A model generated the notes under the pieces. The model had not been told where the DNA came from. It made no database searches and saw only the letters and a list, made by a program, of their open reading frames with translations. The position numbers and the translations under genes were made by a program. A DNA stretch of 62,891 nt, counting the filler, from Octopus bimaculoides (Eukaryota), in assembly GCF_001194135.2 (NCBI RefSeq). It is 5 parts of 5 records of this genome, joined end to end, with 100 filler letters (N's around TTAATTAATTAA, not from the genome) between each part and the next. Parts side by side here need not be neighbours in the genome. Positions count along the whole stretch, not along the records: positions 40,425 to 58,107 come from NC_068981.1; positions 58,208 to 62,891 come from NC_068991.1; 3 more parts are not named here. One strand, written 5' to 3'. Of the stretch, positions 51,201 to 62,891 are shown in pieces. Numbering within the stretch: position 1 is the stretch's first letter; each line of letters starts with the position of its first letter.

Positions 51201-51717
51201 TTTTGAATTTCTTCCTATAATAATATTGTATATAACTTGAGATGTTTGCCTTGCCTTAATGTTTGTTGTCCTGTTTAGAAATGTATGCGTGGCTTTCAAT
51301 TAAATAATAATATATTAATATTATATANNNNNNNNNNNNNNNNNNNNNNNNNNNNNNNNNNNNNNNNNNNNNNNNNNNNNNNNNNNNNNNNNNNNNNNNN
51401 NNNNNNNNNNNNNNNNNNNNNNNNNNNNNNNNNNNNNNNNNNNNNNNNNNNNNNNNNNNNNNNNNNNNNNNNNNNNNNNNNNNNNNNNNNNNNNNNNNNN
51501 NNNNNNNNNNNNNNNNNNNNNNNNNNNNNNNNNNNNNNNNNNNNNNNNNNNNNNNNNNNNNNNNNNNNNNNNNNNNNNNNNNNNNNNNNNNNNNNNNNNN
51601 NNNNNNNNNNNNNNNNNNNNNNNNNNNNNNNNNNNNNNNNNNNNNNNNNNNNNNNNNNNNNNNNNNNNNNNNNNNNNNNNNNNNNNNNNNNNNNNNNNNN
51701 NNNNNNNNNNNNNNNNN

Positions 51718-51802
<85 letters not shown>

Positions 51803-52302
51803 CTGTGTGTGTGTGTGTGTTTGTGTGTGTTTGTGTGTGTTTTGCATGTATATATACGACGGGCTACTTTCAGGTCCCGTCTATCAAATCTACTCACAGA
51901 GATTTGGTTGACCTAAGGCTATAGTTGAAGACACTTGACTAAGATGCCAAGCAGTGAGACTGAATCCAGAACCATGTAGTTGGGAAGCACATAGGCACAG
52001 GTATATGTGTGCCGTTTATAAGCCCTCTTCATGAACATATGACACACGGTGTGACGTCACTGCGCGACAATTTGTGCAAATGTTATGTGATTAGATGCTT
52101 TGGTAGACGGAAACTTCACGGAAGCCTAACGCACGAATGTGCTGGTGTGAGTTCGTTTCTGCGTTTCTTCAAAACATCCAAAAGCCGATGCTTTCGCGTG
52201 TTCTCCTTTTGTATCCTGTAATTTCGATGCTGAAGAAATAGAGATCAAACCATAAGCAGTAGATTTCAATCTATGTGTGTGTATGTGTGTGTGTGTGTAT
52301 GT

Positions 52303-52354
<52 letters not shown>

Positions 52355-52796
52355 ATGTATATATNNNNNNNNNNNNNNNNNNNNNNNNNNNNNNNNNNNN
52401 NNNNNNNNNNNNNNNNNNNNNNNNNNNNNNNNNNNNNNNNNNNNNNNNNNNNNNNNNNNNNNNNNNNNNNNNNNNNNNNNNNNNNNNNNNNNNNNNNNNN
52501 NNNNNNNNNNNNNNNNNNNNNNNNNNNNNNNNNNNNNNNNNNNNNNNNNNNNNNNNNNNNNNNNNNNNNNNNNNNNNNNNNNNNNNNNNNNNNNNNNNNN
52601 NNNNNNNNNNNNNNNNNNNNNNNNNNNNNNNNNNNNNNNNNNNNNNNNNNNNNNNNNNNNNNNNNNNNNNNNNNNNNNNNNNNNNNNNNNNNNNNNNNNN
52701 NNNNNNNNNNNNNNNNNNNNNNNATACGTATATATATATATATATATATATACACATACGCATGCATACACACGCACACATACACACGCGCATAAA

Positions 52797-52837
<41 letters not shown>

Positions 52838-52951
52838 TATATACGTGAAAGACATATATGTATGTATGTGCGCGTCTTTCAAGATGCATATATAATACCT
52901 GTGCGTGTATGTGTGAGTGTGCGTGTGTGTTTGTGTGTGTGTTTGTGTGTG

Positions 52952-52994
<43 letters not shown>

Positions 52995-53511
52995 GAACTT
53001 ATATATAAACGTAGACGCCATACATTTAAATACAATGATACTTATACACTCAATCCAGACACATACATAACATGCAAATGCATGTGTTGACACACGCACT
53101 CAACAACTTATTCATACACATACATATGCACACACAAGTCTTATAAAAAAGCTAGAAAGAACGCGACAAAACTCAACAACATTATTGTTAAGAGCAGCTG
53201 CAATTTTCTGCACAATTACTGAGATAGGAATCAGAGCTTTGAGGAAATATTGGTTTCGTTTCCAAGCGGAAACATGCAGACAGGCGCGTGCGCACGCACA
53301 TTCGTACGCGTGCATGCAGTACACACCACATACACGTACATACGCGCGCCAATGCACTCACAAATACCCTCACTGAAAGGCACACGCAAGTACACGCATA
53401 TTTACATGCGAGAATATAGGTTTACATACCAAAGATTACACGGGTGTATGTGCATACAAACATACACAAACACATACCCACCCACCCACACACACACATA
53501 TTTATACATAT

Positions 53512-53544
<33 letters not shown>

Positions 53545-53699
53545 AAATATACATGCACGCGAGCACACACGCTCGTACACACACATAGACATGCGCAAAC
53601 ACATACACCTGCACACCTGTATGTGTATGTGTGTTGTGTGTGTGTGTGTGCTGTGTGTGTGTGAATGTGTGTGGATGCAGATAAATGATTATAGATCTT

Positions 53700-54446
53700 G
53701 GTTTCAAACAAAGCCAGCATGTTCGCCGGAGAATGTAAGTCGATTACATTGACCACAGTACTCAGTTGGCACTTATTTATCGACCTCAGAGAAGACAAAG
53801 TCGACCTCAGAAATTTGAAATCATTACATAAAGATGGACGACATACTTCTAAGCATTTTACCCGGTCTACAAACGATTCTGCCGGTTTACCGCCAGAGGC
53901 TCTGGAAAGTGCGGATAAAATGTAATCCTGTAATTGTAGGTGCATTAGGAACTATCCCTAAAGATTTGAACAGATGGATAGAGGAAATATGCATAAAACC
54001 TAATTTAGTGCAGCTTCAGAAAACAGTGGTAATAGGGACATCTAGGATACTTAGGAAGGTTCTTGGCATCTAAAGTTACTAGTTCTAACTCGATGTTAGG
54101 AATTTTTCTTCCCCTATAGTTTAATCTGTTGCTGAAAGTATGAAATGCAAGACGAAGTCGACCTCGGCGAAATTTGAACGCAGAACGGACGAAATGCAGC
54201 GAAGAATTATGCCCGACATGCTAACGATACTTCCAGGTAACCGCCATAATAATAGTCACCTCCCCACAAATTTCAGGCCTCTTGCTCTTGCAAGAGGCCT
54301 GAAATTTGTGGGGAGGGGACTAATAGATTACATCGACTCCAGTGTTTCACTGGTACATAATCTATCGGCGGAATTTGAACGCAGAACGGATGAAATACAG
54401 TCAAGCATTTTGCCTAGCATGTTAACGATACTTCCAGCAAACCGCC

Positions 54447-54537
<91 letters not shown>

Positions 54538-54990
54538 TGATGATAATAATAATAATCCTTTCTACTAAAGGCACAAAGTCTGATATTTGGGGGGAAGGGG
54601 CGTAATCGATTATATCGACTCCAGTGTTTCACTGGTACATAATTTATCGAACCCAAAAGAATGAAATGGAAAGTCAACCTCGGCGAAATTTGAATTCAAA
54701 ACGTGAAGACGGGCGAAATACTGCTAAGCATTTCGTTCAACGTGCTAACGATTGTGCCACCTCTTCACCGTAATAGTAATCTTTTCTACAAGACCTGAGA
54801 TTTGGGAGAGGGGGCCAGTCGATTAGATCGACCTCAATATGCAGCAACTGGTATTTAATTTATCGACACCGAAAGGATGAAAGGCAAAGTCGACCTCGGC
54901 GGAATTTGAACTCAGACCGTAGCAACAGGCGAAATACTGCTAAGCATTTCGTCCAGCGTGATAACGATTCTGCCGGCTCGCCGCCTTGTC

Positions 54991-55060
<70 letters not shown>

Positions 55061-55150
55061 TGAGGATGATAATGATGATGTTGATGCTTTCAAATTTTGA
55101 CACAAGGCCAGCAAGTTCGGGGAAGAGGGTAAGTCAATTACATCGGTGTA
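53700..55150 (-). mobile_element. Cluster of about five family-A SINE copies interleaved with (AAT)n
   Basis: Repeated AAAGTCGACCTCGGCGGAATTTGAAC segments with long (AAT)n at 54447-54555 and 54993-55060. More copies at 56090-56430. Confidence 0.85.
53896..54130 (+). mobile_element. R4/Dong-type retrotransposon 3' fragment
   Basis: PVIVGALGTIPKDLNRWIEEICIKPNLVQLQKTVVIGTSRILRKVLGI*. Confidence 0.8.
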
Positions 55151-55868
55151 CGCTGCATGATAGATTTTGTATCAAACACATTGAGAGAGCACTCTGCTTT
55201 CATCTCGTTGAATTGTATAGTTCGTTCTCTTTTTCTTATGAAGTAGAAGTACTTGGCTATTTTGTTGTCTGTTTTATATTTTTTCCAATTTAAAGCATGT
55301 GTCGAAAGAAAAAATCCAATAATTAAAATTTGATGATTCATATTGTAATTATAAAAAAAGTGGTGGGGTTATTCCTGCCATTATTTCTGTTAATCCTAAT
55401 GAATAGTTTACTGATAGTTCAAATCTTGTTTCAGTTAAATATTCTATAGTACTACTTCTTTTCTCACCATCATATAAATATATAAAGCATAGAACCACAG
55501 AAATGAAAAAGAAAGGCGATGATATGTTTTAGTTTACGAAACATTATGCATTCAGTTACATTTAAATGTTCTTAACAGTGAATAAATTCGATTGGCGTAG
55601 TTTGGCATTTATTAAGGTTGAAGCCAACGTCTGTTATGCGGTAAAATTATTCTATCGCATGTGACATCTCTTACCAATAACCATCGGTTGTTTATGGAGG
55701 GAGATGCTGGTAACGAATATTTTTGCATTTATAATTCCTGATTTCGAATAAGGAATAAACCTCTCTTTAATATAATAGTTTCGTAACAGTCACTTGATAT
55801 CTTTTGCTTCCTTACACTTTTCAAGAAAATAAAATAGCTTTCTTTTTTCTGAGGGTTGGATTAGGTGT

Positions 55869-55905
<37 letters not shown>

Positions 55906-56897
55906 ATTAGGGTTTTTTAATATATATCATAGGGTATAGTCTGAATCTAATTAATTAGATATTAAGCCCTCAATCTATGTTTTAGGTGGATGAATATTAC
56001 CGATGAGGGGAGAATACACTTCCTTTTCCATAAATACAATGTAGGATACTACATTTTAAACGGATATAAAACTTCATTATATTGGTTGCAATTTTTGGCA
56101 CAAAGCTAGCAATATCGGGAGAGGGGCAAGTCAAATATATCGACCTCAAGGATCAACTAGTACTTATTTTATTGACTCCGATAAAATATCGAATTTGCAC
56201 CCAGAAAATAGAGACGGAAAAAAATGCCGCTACGCATTTTGCACGGTGTGTAACTATTCTACTAGTTCACCGCCTTCCGCAATTTGGCAATCTCTTTTAC
56301 TATAGGAGGCCTGATATTTTGTGGGAGAAGGAAGCCGATTACTTCGACCCCCAGTACTCAACTGGTACTTATTTTATCGACCCTGCAAGGATGAAAGGAA
56401 AACTCAACCTCGGCGAATTTGAACAAGGCATTTTATTAATAGATGAGTATATATGTAAGTGTGTGTGGAGGGTGCGTGTATGTGTGTGAGTGTTCATGTG
56501 TGTCTTTGTGACTGGAGACCTCAACTGTTAATGGAGTCGTTCGAGCGCCATTGTAACATATGGCGTGTGTTGCTTATTTTTAGACTTGGCTGTGCGTCAT
56601 CAGCTCTGTACACAAATGATTCTTTCTCGAAAGAGAGACAAACATGCAGATGGAAAGAAATCCATTTCAATATAGCACTAGCACTTTTCCTTTCAATCTT
56701 TTCGGTGTCAGGAAAATAAAAGCAAAATTTCCGTTGGTGGGATTTGAACTCAGAGAGCAAGAACGAAGACGACAAATAAACTTTTCCGACTCGCTAAAAG
56801 ACTCGGCCATTTGACTACCTACGACGTATGTCACTATACATATATATGTGGTGGGGTGCGTATGTATGTATTAAATATGAATATATTTTTGCTTGAG

Positions 56898-56984
<87 letters not shown>

Positions 56985-57007
56985 TTATATATATTTACAC
57001 ACAGTCT

Positions 57008-57051
<44 letters not shown>

Positions 57052-58107
57052 GACACACAGTGAAGTGCGTTTCTGTACGTCCACATAAACACACTAACAC
57101 ACACACTCCCACGTACATGACAATATTCGATAACTGATATCAGTAAAGCCATCTAAACCGACAAAGCGATAACGAAGTTTCTAGTAACAATATTATTAGC
57201 ATTAAAATAAATAGTTGCAAAAGCCGCATTTATAATGCTTCCAGCGGAGTATTGGTTTGTGTGGAGCGTGTGATGTGGTGTGGAGATTGATACGTTTTGC
57301 TAACACAGCAGCTACGAAAAGATTAGATTTTCTAATTATATAGTTTATAACGAAAATCTTGGTTTTGCAAATAATCATGACTACTATCTTGTTAGAAAAT
57401 GATTCCACATCTTCACAGATGCAGCTGGGGGGCGGGGGTCTAGTCTTTCTTTGATTTTTTCTTTCGTTTTTTTTTTTTTGTTGTTCATATTTTGTTCATA
57501 TTTATTCAAGGTCTGAAAAGTATAGTTTTAGAAATGAAAATAATTAAAAAGTACAAGGTTTCTCTGGCGGTCTCTATGTTGTCGTTGCTGGTGTCAATGT
57601 TGCTACTTAGAATCCAAGACAGGGTTTATCAAGGAAATGAATCATCAAATGTATCCTGCAAAGACCATGACCATTCTGTATTTTATTAAATCCAGTACGA
57701 CATCGTCCAGTATATGCTTCGTCTTTGAGTCAGTAAGTCAGATAATCCCAAAGTGTGCGCCTCCTTCCTGATGTGCTGTGAATTACATATAGGTGCGTGA
57801 TAAACATAAGGAAAATATATTTTAAGAGAACACAAATATATTTTATGAGAACAGAAAGTTAAAATAGTTTTCTCTTTTGTTCATTCACAATATTAAATGT
57901 AGAAAACAATTGTTTTCATGATATTATAAAGTGTGGGAAAGTATGTTTATATGAAATACACCCAAAGAGAGAAAACAACACCCCAAAGCATCATGCCATA
58001 ATTAATACTTCACTTTTTCGATTAAAACTACCTAATAATTTTCTGTCCTCATAATATAATATATATATATATATACGCACGTATATACACACACACACAC
58101 ACACACA

Positions 58108-58207
58108 NNNNNNNNNNNNNNNNNNNNNNNNNNNNNNNNNNNNNNNNNNNNTTAATTAATTAANNNNNNNNNNNNNNNNNNNNNNNNNNNNNNNNNNNNN
58201 NNNNNNN
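58108..58207. other. Synthetic scaffold join
   Basis: Same 100-bp block, linker at 58152-58163. Confidence 0.95.
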
Positions 58208-59099
58208 TATATATATATCAGTACGTTGGAGAAGCAGGTTACTGTCAATCCCTATATATTTATGATTATAAATGTTTTTTACCGAAGAAGGTTTTTTCAT
58301 ACTGAGCTACCCGGCAAAATTGTTGATTATTAATTTTATTACTAATTGACGATTCCCTGCCCTGCATATCTATATATATATATATATATATATGTATGCA
58401 TGTTTGTATGTGTGTGTGTGTATTTGTGTCTCTATTTGTCGTCATCCCCTGTCACCACTTGACAACCGGTGTTGGTGTGCTTACGTCCCTGTAACCTAGC
58501 AGCTCAGTGAAAGAAACTGATAGAATAAGTACTAGGCTTAAAAAAATAAGCCCTGGAGTCAATTTGTTCAACTAAAACCCCACAATGCAGTGCTCCAGCA
58601 TGGCTGCAGTCAAATGACTGAAACAAGTAAAAGAATAAAAGAATATTTAATAATTTCTTGTTATAGACATTAACACAAATAGTATAATGTGTATAATTGT
58701 TAATACTAGATAAAATCAAACAGAATCTTGACAGCTATTTGAAAACATAATAAGCCTTAAAAATTACTTTATAAATTACATCAGTATATGTAAAAATACC
58801 ATATGTTATGTTAGCAATTTAACTTAGCAGTTTAACAAGTTGATAAGTTAATTTGCTAAACTGACATATCATGGATAACTGTGTCAAAGGGCTGACATGC
58901 TCACAATAGTGTGAGCAGAGGAGAATTGTATCTGACATCAATTAAAGAGCCTTGCTTGTATTTCTCTCTTTCTGCCAAAGAAAGAGGGGAAAAAAGGAAA
59001 AAATACAGAAAGGAAAAAGGAGGAAAAAAAGAGGGGGAAAAGATGAAAAAAGAAGAAAAAAAAGGAGTAGGAGTGATAGCTGGGTGGACTGCCAGTCGG

Positions 59100-59278
59100 A
59101 CATACAGACAGAACAGACAGACTGGCAGACAGAACAGACAGACTGGCAGACAGACAGACAGACTGGCAGACAGACTGGCAGACAGACAGACTGGCAGACA
59201 GACAGACTGGCAGACAGACAGACTGGCAGACAGACGGACAGACTGGCAGACAGACGGACAGACTGGCAGACAGACGGA
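59100..59278. repeat. Compound (GACA)n/GACTGGCA minisatellite running into a gap
   Basis: Repeated ACAGACTGGCAGACAG units. Confidence 0.9.
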
Positions 59279-61763
59279 NNNNNNNNNNNNNNNNNNNNNN
59301 NNNNNNNNNNNNNNNNNNNNNNNNNNNNNNNNNNNNNNNNNNNNNNNNNNNNNNNNNNNNNNNNNNNNNNNNNNNNNNNNNNNNNNNNNNNNNNNNNNNN
59401 NNNNNNNNNNNNNNNNNNNNNNNNNNNNNNNNNNNNNNNNNNNNNNNNNNNNNNNNNNNNNNNNNNNNNNNNNNNNNNNNNNNNNNNNNNNNNNNNNNNN
59501 NNNNNNNNNNNNNNNNNNNNNNNNNNNNNNNNNNNNNNNNNNNNNNNNNNNNNNNNNNNNNNNNNNNNNNNNNNNNNNNNNNNNNNNNNNNNNNNNNNNN
59601 NNNNNNNNNNNNNNNNNNNNNNNNNNNNNNNNNNNNNNNNNNNNNNNNNNNNNNNNNNNNNNNNNNNNNNNNNNNNNNNNNNNNNNNNNNNNNNNNNNNN
59701 NNNNNNNNNNNNNNNNNNNNNNNNNNNNNNNNNNNNNNNNNNNNNNNNNNNNNNNNNNNNNNNNNNNNNNNNNNNNNNNNNAAGACTAAGAGGAATTTGA
59801 ACCTAAAACTTTCAGAGTGCCATAAGGTTACTGTGTACAGTGAAATTGATTTAATTTACTTGAATATTCAATTAAAGTATATAAATGAAAATTTACTGTT
59901 TGCATTGAATTCTCTGTGTCCACAGGCTGAATATTAGACTAGTTGTAATAAATATACAGAGATGCATTGACAGTTTTATTGAACTTAAATGTCCAGTGAA
60001 GTTATTGCTTACAAATACAGGTAATCCCCTCCCCAACCACCCCACCATTAAAAAAAAAAAAAAGCTGTTAATGTTAGGAAATGGTCAAGCAGAAATCAAA
60101 TGATCAACCACTACACATGACGCTGCAGAATCAAGCTGAGTCAAGCCAGCTGACATAACTATGAACGCTGATGAAGACTTCTACAAACATTCCTAATATT
60201 CTAGTTGTTGTTGTTGTTTAACTTCAGGTCAGCAACGATCCAGTAGACCTAAAGTATTCCTGTCATGATCAATCTGACTTTTTAGAGTAACTACAACTTT
60301 CATTATCTAACGAGCTTTGTCGTTTTTTTGTTATACATAATACAATAGTGCATGATTTTGAGGGAGATTTTGGTTGCTATTTCGAGACTCCCCTGTTTGT
60401 AGTTTGATGTTTAGTTTGATACTAAGAGAGGCTCCATAAATGTGTAAAACTAATTGAAAGTCAAGGCAAATGTAACTGAAGTCTAAGAGTTTGACTGTGT
60501 CTATTTTGTTCTATTTCCTTTTACCTTCATACCATCAACAGCTGAATCTGTCAAAATAAGCACTTCTAACGTCTCCAGCATCATTAAACACATTATCTAC
60601 CAACTTAAGCTGTTTAAAATCAAAACATACAACTTCCGTCATTCTCACCTGAAACGCTCTTTATTCACAATCCCTCCCTTTTTCCAAGCCTTTCTTAATT
60701 TAATTCTCACACATCTTTGAAAGCCATCTGTATCAGCCCTATTTTCTTCAAACTAACATTACCCAACCAACAAATCATTTATGTATTTGTGCACCCCACA
60801 TACACTCACATCTTTATGTTACATAGTAACTGCTTTTACATTACTGTGTGTGTGTGCGTGTGCATGCACACACACAGAAATATGAATATTTCCTTCTCCA
60901 AGTCCTTTGCTGAAGTCAGTATGTTATGATAATGTTCTGGTTGCATCTACAAAATATTTATTTCCATATTATATATACATGTGTGTGTGTGCGTGTATTG
61001 CATTTCAGATCATATAACTTCTCCAGTTTTCCAGCCACAAAGTATTCTCTTCCAAACCCAAATATTATACAATTTGTAACACAAACAACCTACAATATGA
61101 AATACAAATGAAATCTTTCAGAACTTCTTCATTCGAGTGAAACTCCTTTATGCTACAACTTAGCAATTGGTCTCTGAATCATGTTAGAGGCTATGATCAT
61201 CATTTTCCCCACTCCCAAACCAACACCACTCATCTAACATTGATGTGAATGAAAATTCAGCAGACCATATTCAAAAGCAGCCTCCAAAACTCTAGTACTT
61301 CTGGTCTACCTTTCTTCTGCTTTTTCTATCACTATCCCAACAGCCATCCTTGACACTGAACTAACATATTTACTTGCATGTAAGTCACACCCCTAATTTA
61401 GTGCTAAATCTTGGTACAAAAGTTTTCCCTTTCATAGATATATGCCGTACCCCAATTTTTCTACTTAAACATCAAGTATAAAATATTTGGACTTATTCAC
61501 AAGTAAATATGGTGATTAGTTGCTGTCTGTCAATACCCCCAAACCAGTCAGCACACCCATTTCAAACTGTATAATCTCTAAGTGTACCCACACCACTGCC
61601 CCACACCGACTTCACTAACTACCTCATATAATCCTTGCTCCCCACAATGCCAATAAAACAAGATAGTAATATCCTTATCCTCTAGGCCTGTAAAACAGGT
61701 CTTGTTAAAGAATTTGGCTGTTAAAACACACACAAGTACAGACGTGTGTGCATAGACACAAGA

Positions 61764-61799
<36 letters not shown>

Positions 61800-62219
61800 A
61801 CTCAGGCCCACATGCATATGTATGTACACACATAAATGTTCTAAACAATTGATAGATAATGTGGGGATGAGGTGAACCAGAAGTATAGGGTCAGTGACAT
61901 CAGCAGCTGAGGGACCCTACCAGGTGGCCACAGCAGCGAGGGAGGTCACATGAGCATAAGTAGGATCAGCATGGGCTTCTCATAAGGAGGACCAGTGTGG
62001 GCCTCTTTGCTTTGGGGCAGTCATGGTGCACAGACGTGTGTGGACGTGTGATCAAGAGGGAATGTGTTGTTAGGTTCTGGCAAGAAGTTAGGCAGGTAGA
62101 GCGCCTTCGGATGTAACCTAGCTGGAAAGTAGACACTGTAAGAGAATCCAAGAGGTAAGTGAATCGCACTTCGTTCCGCATGCTAAAGATAATTTATATG
62201 GTGGAATGTGAATACTCAC

Positions 62220-62402
62220 CCGTAACTCAACCCATTTTTCAAGCAAACGTTTCTCATTGAACTCACAAAGCAAGCCCGACTGTGTTATTGTGTAAGTATA
62301 GGCAGACATAGCACCTTTACCACAGGCCACATCCTTGAAGAAATTGTTTTTCTGTTCACCAAGAATTCCTGAACGGCCCATTAATGGAACTGTTTCATTT
62401 AT
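62220..62402 (-). CDS. MAPKBP1: Internal exon of MAPKBP1/WDR62-family WD40 protein (183 nt, phase 0-0)
   Basis: Translates [61 protein letters not shown]. This matches the remembered MAPKBP1/WDR62 segment (VPL.GRSG.LGE..NN.F..VACG.G ... SGLLC.F...R.L.KW..L). Acceptor ttttcgttttccag and donor gtgagt are canonical. Which vertebrate paralogue is closer cannot be decided here. Confidence 0.93.
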
Positions 62403-62770
62403 CTGGAAAACGAAAAAAAAAAACATCAAAAGATTACATGAAAAACCAATAGCGTTGGGTTTTACAAAGGGAAAAGTAGAGTTTATCATGATGTTTGTCA
62501 TGAAAACATGTCTGTAATTGTTGATAATTTTAACTATGGTCCTTCTAAATAGATGATATATTCAATTTTTTTTTTTTAAGTTGATGTTTTTTTTTGGACT
62601 TAGGTTTTTTTTTTAATGAGAGAAAGATGGGAGGGATCAGAAGATAGAGTGGAAAGAGACAAGAGAGTGAAAAGAAAAACAGCTGAGATGTTAGGGAGAG
62701 AGGTACTGTGAAGGAATGAAAGAGATGAGACTAATATGAACAATTTCAATATATTGAGATGGAGAATATA

Positions 62771-62891
62771 TTTGACATGGAGAAAGCCTTTGACAGGGTC
62801 CCCCGATCCCTTATCTGGTGGTCAATGAGGAAACTTGGGATAGAAGAATGGCTAGTGAGAGCTGTGCGAGCCATGTACAGAGATGCGGCCA
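62771..62891 (+). mobile_element. RTE-clade LINE reverse-transcriptase fragment (runs off window end)
   Basis: Open frame FDMEKAFDRVPRSLIWWSMRKLGIEEWLVRAVRAMYRDAA, containing the RT motif D.EKAFDRV. Confidence 0.85.

Larger units (their letters stand above)
50645..51278. repeat. About 630-bp imperfect palindrome (two arms of about 310 bp, short spacer near 50955-50970)
   Basis: Left arm AAACAGGACAACAAACATTAAGGC... is the reverse complement of right arm ...GCCTTAATGTTTGTTGTCCTGTTT along its whole length. Confidence 0.95.

Noticed and set aside
12156-59800. Long ORFs (250-480 aa) spanning N runs
   Set aside because: Their length comes from X codons in assembly gaps.
402-61829. Most ORFs in the supplied track (poly-YI, CV, HT, SIYL, N, L)
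   Set aside because: They are translations of microsatellites or of SINE copies, with no coding signature.
61860-62160. GC-richer intronic segment first suspected to be RTE
   Set aside because: Could not recover a convincing RT frame; left unclassified.

Overview
AT-rich, microsatellite-dense animal genomic DNA from a gapped assembly. The tRNA-derived SINE families and (CA)n/(TA)n/(CATA)n/(AAT)n arrays look like Octopus (inference). Only one coding exon is confidently recognised: a minus-strand WD40 exon of MAPKBP1/WDR62 (62220-62402). The rest is mostly mobile DNA: several SINE families, Tx1/L1, R4/Dong-type and RTE retrotransposon fragments, Penelope-like (GIY-YIG) elements, and a hAT and a mariner MITE. 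Four 100-bp N44-TTAATTAATTAA-N44 blocks are synthetic scaffold joins. Best leads: (i) an R4/Dong-like family found only in (CATA)n arrays; (ii) a SINE subfamily whose 3' tail matches the 3' end of a Tx1 LINE in this window; (iii) three distinct hammerhead-ribozyme-like elements, including a 219-nt retrozyme-like unit and a 630-bp foldback; (iv) CpG decay in SINE copies marking a probable methylated, unidentified gene body at about 16-37 kb. All homology calls are by eye and from memory; no searches were run.
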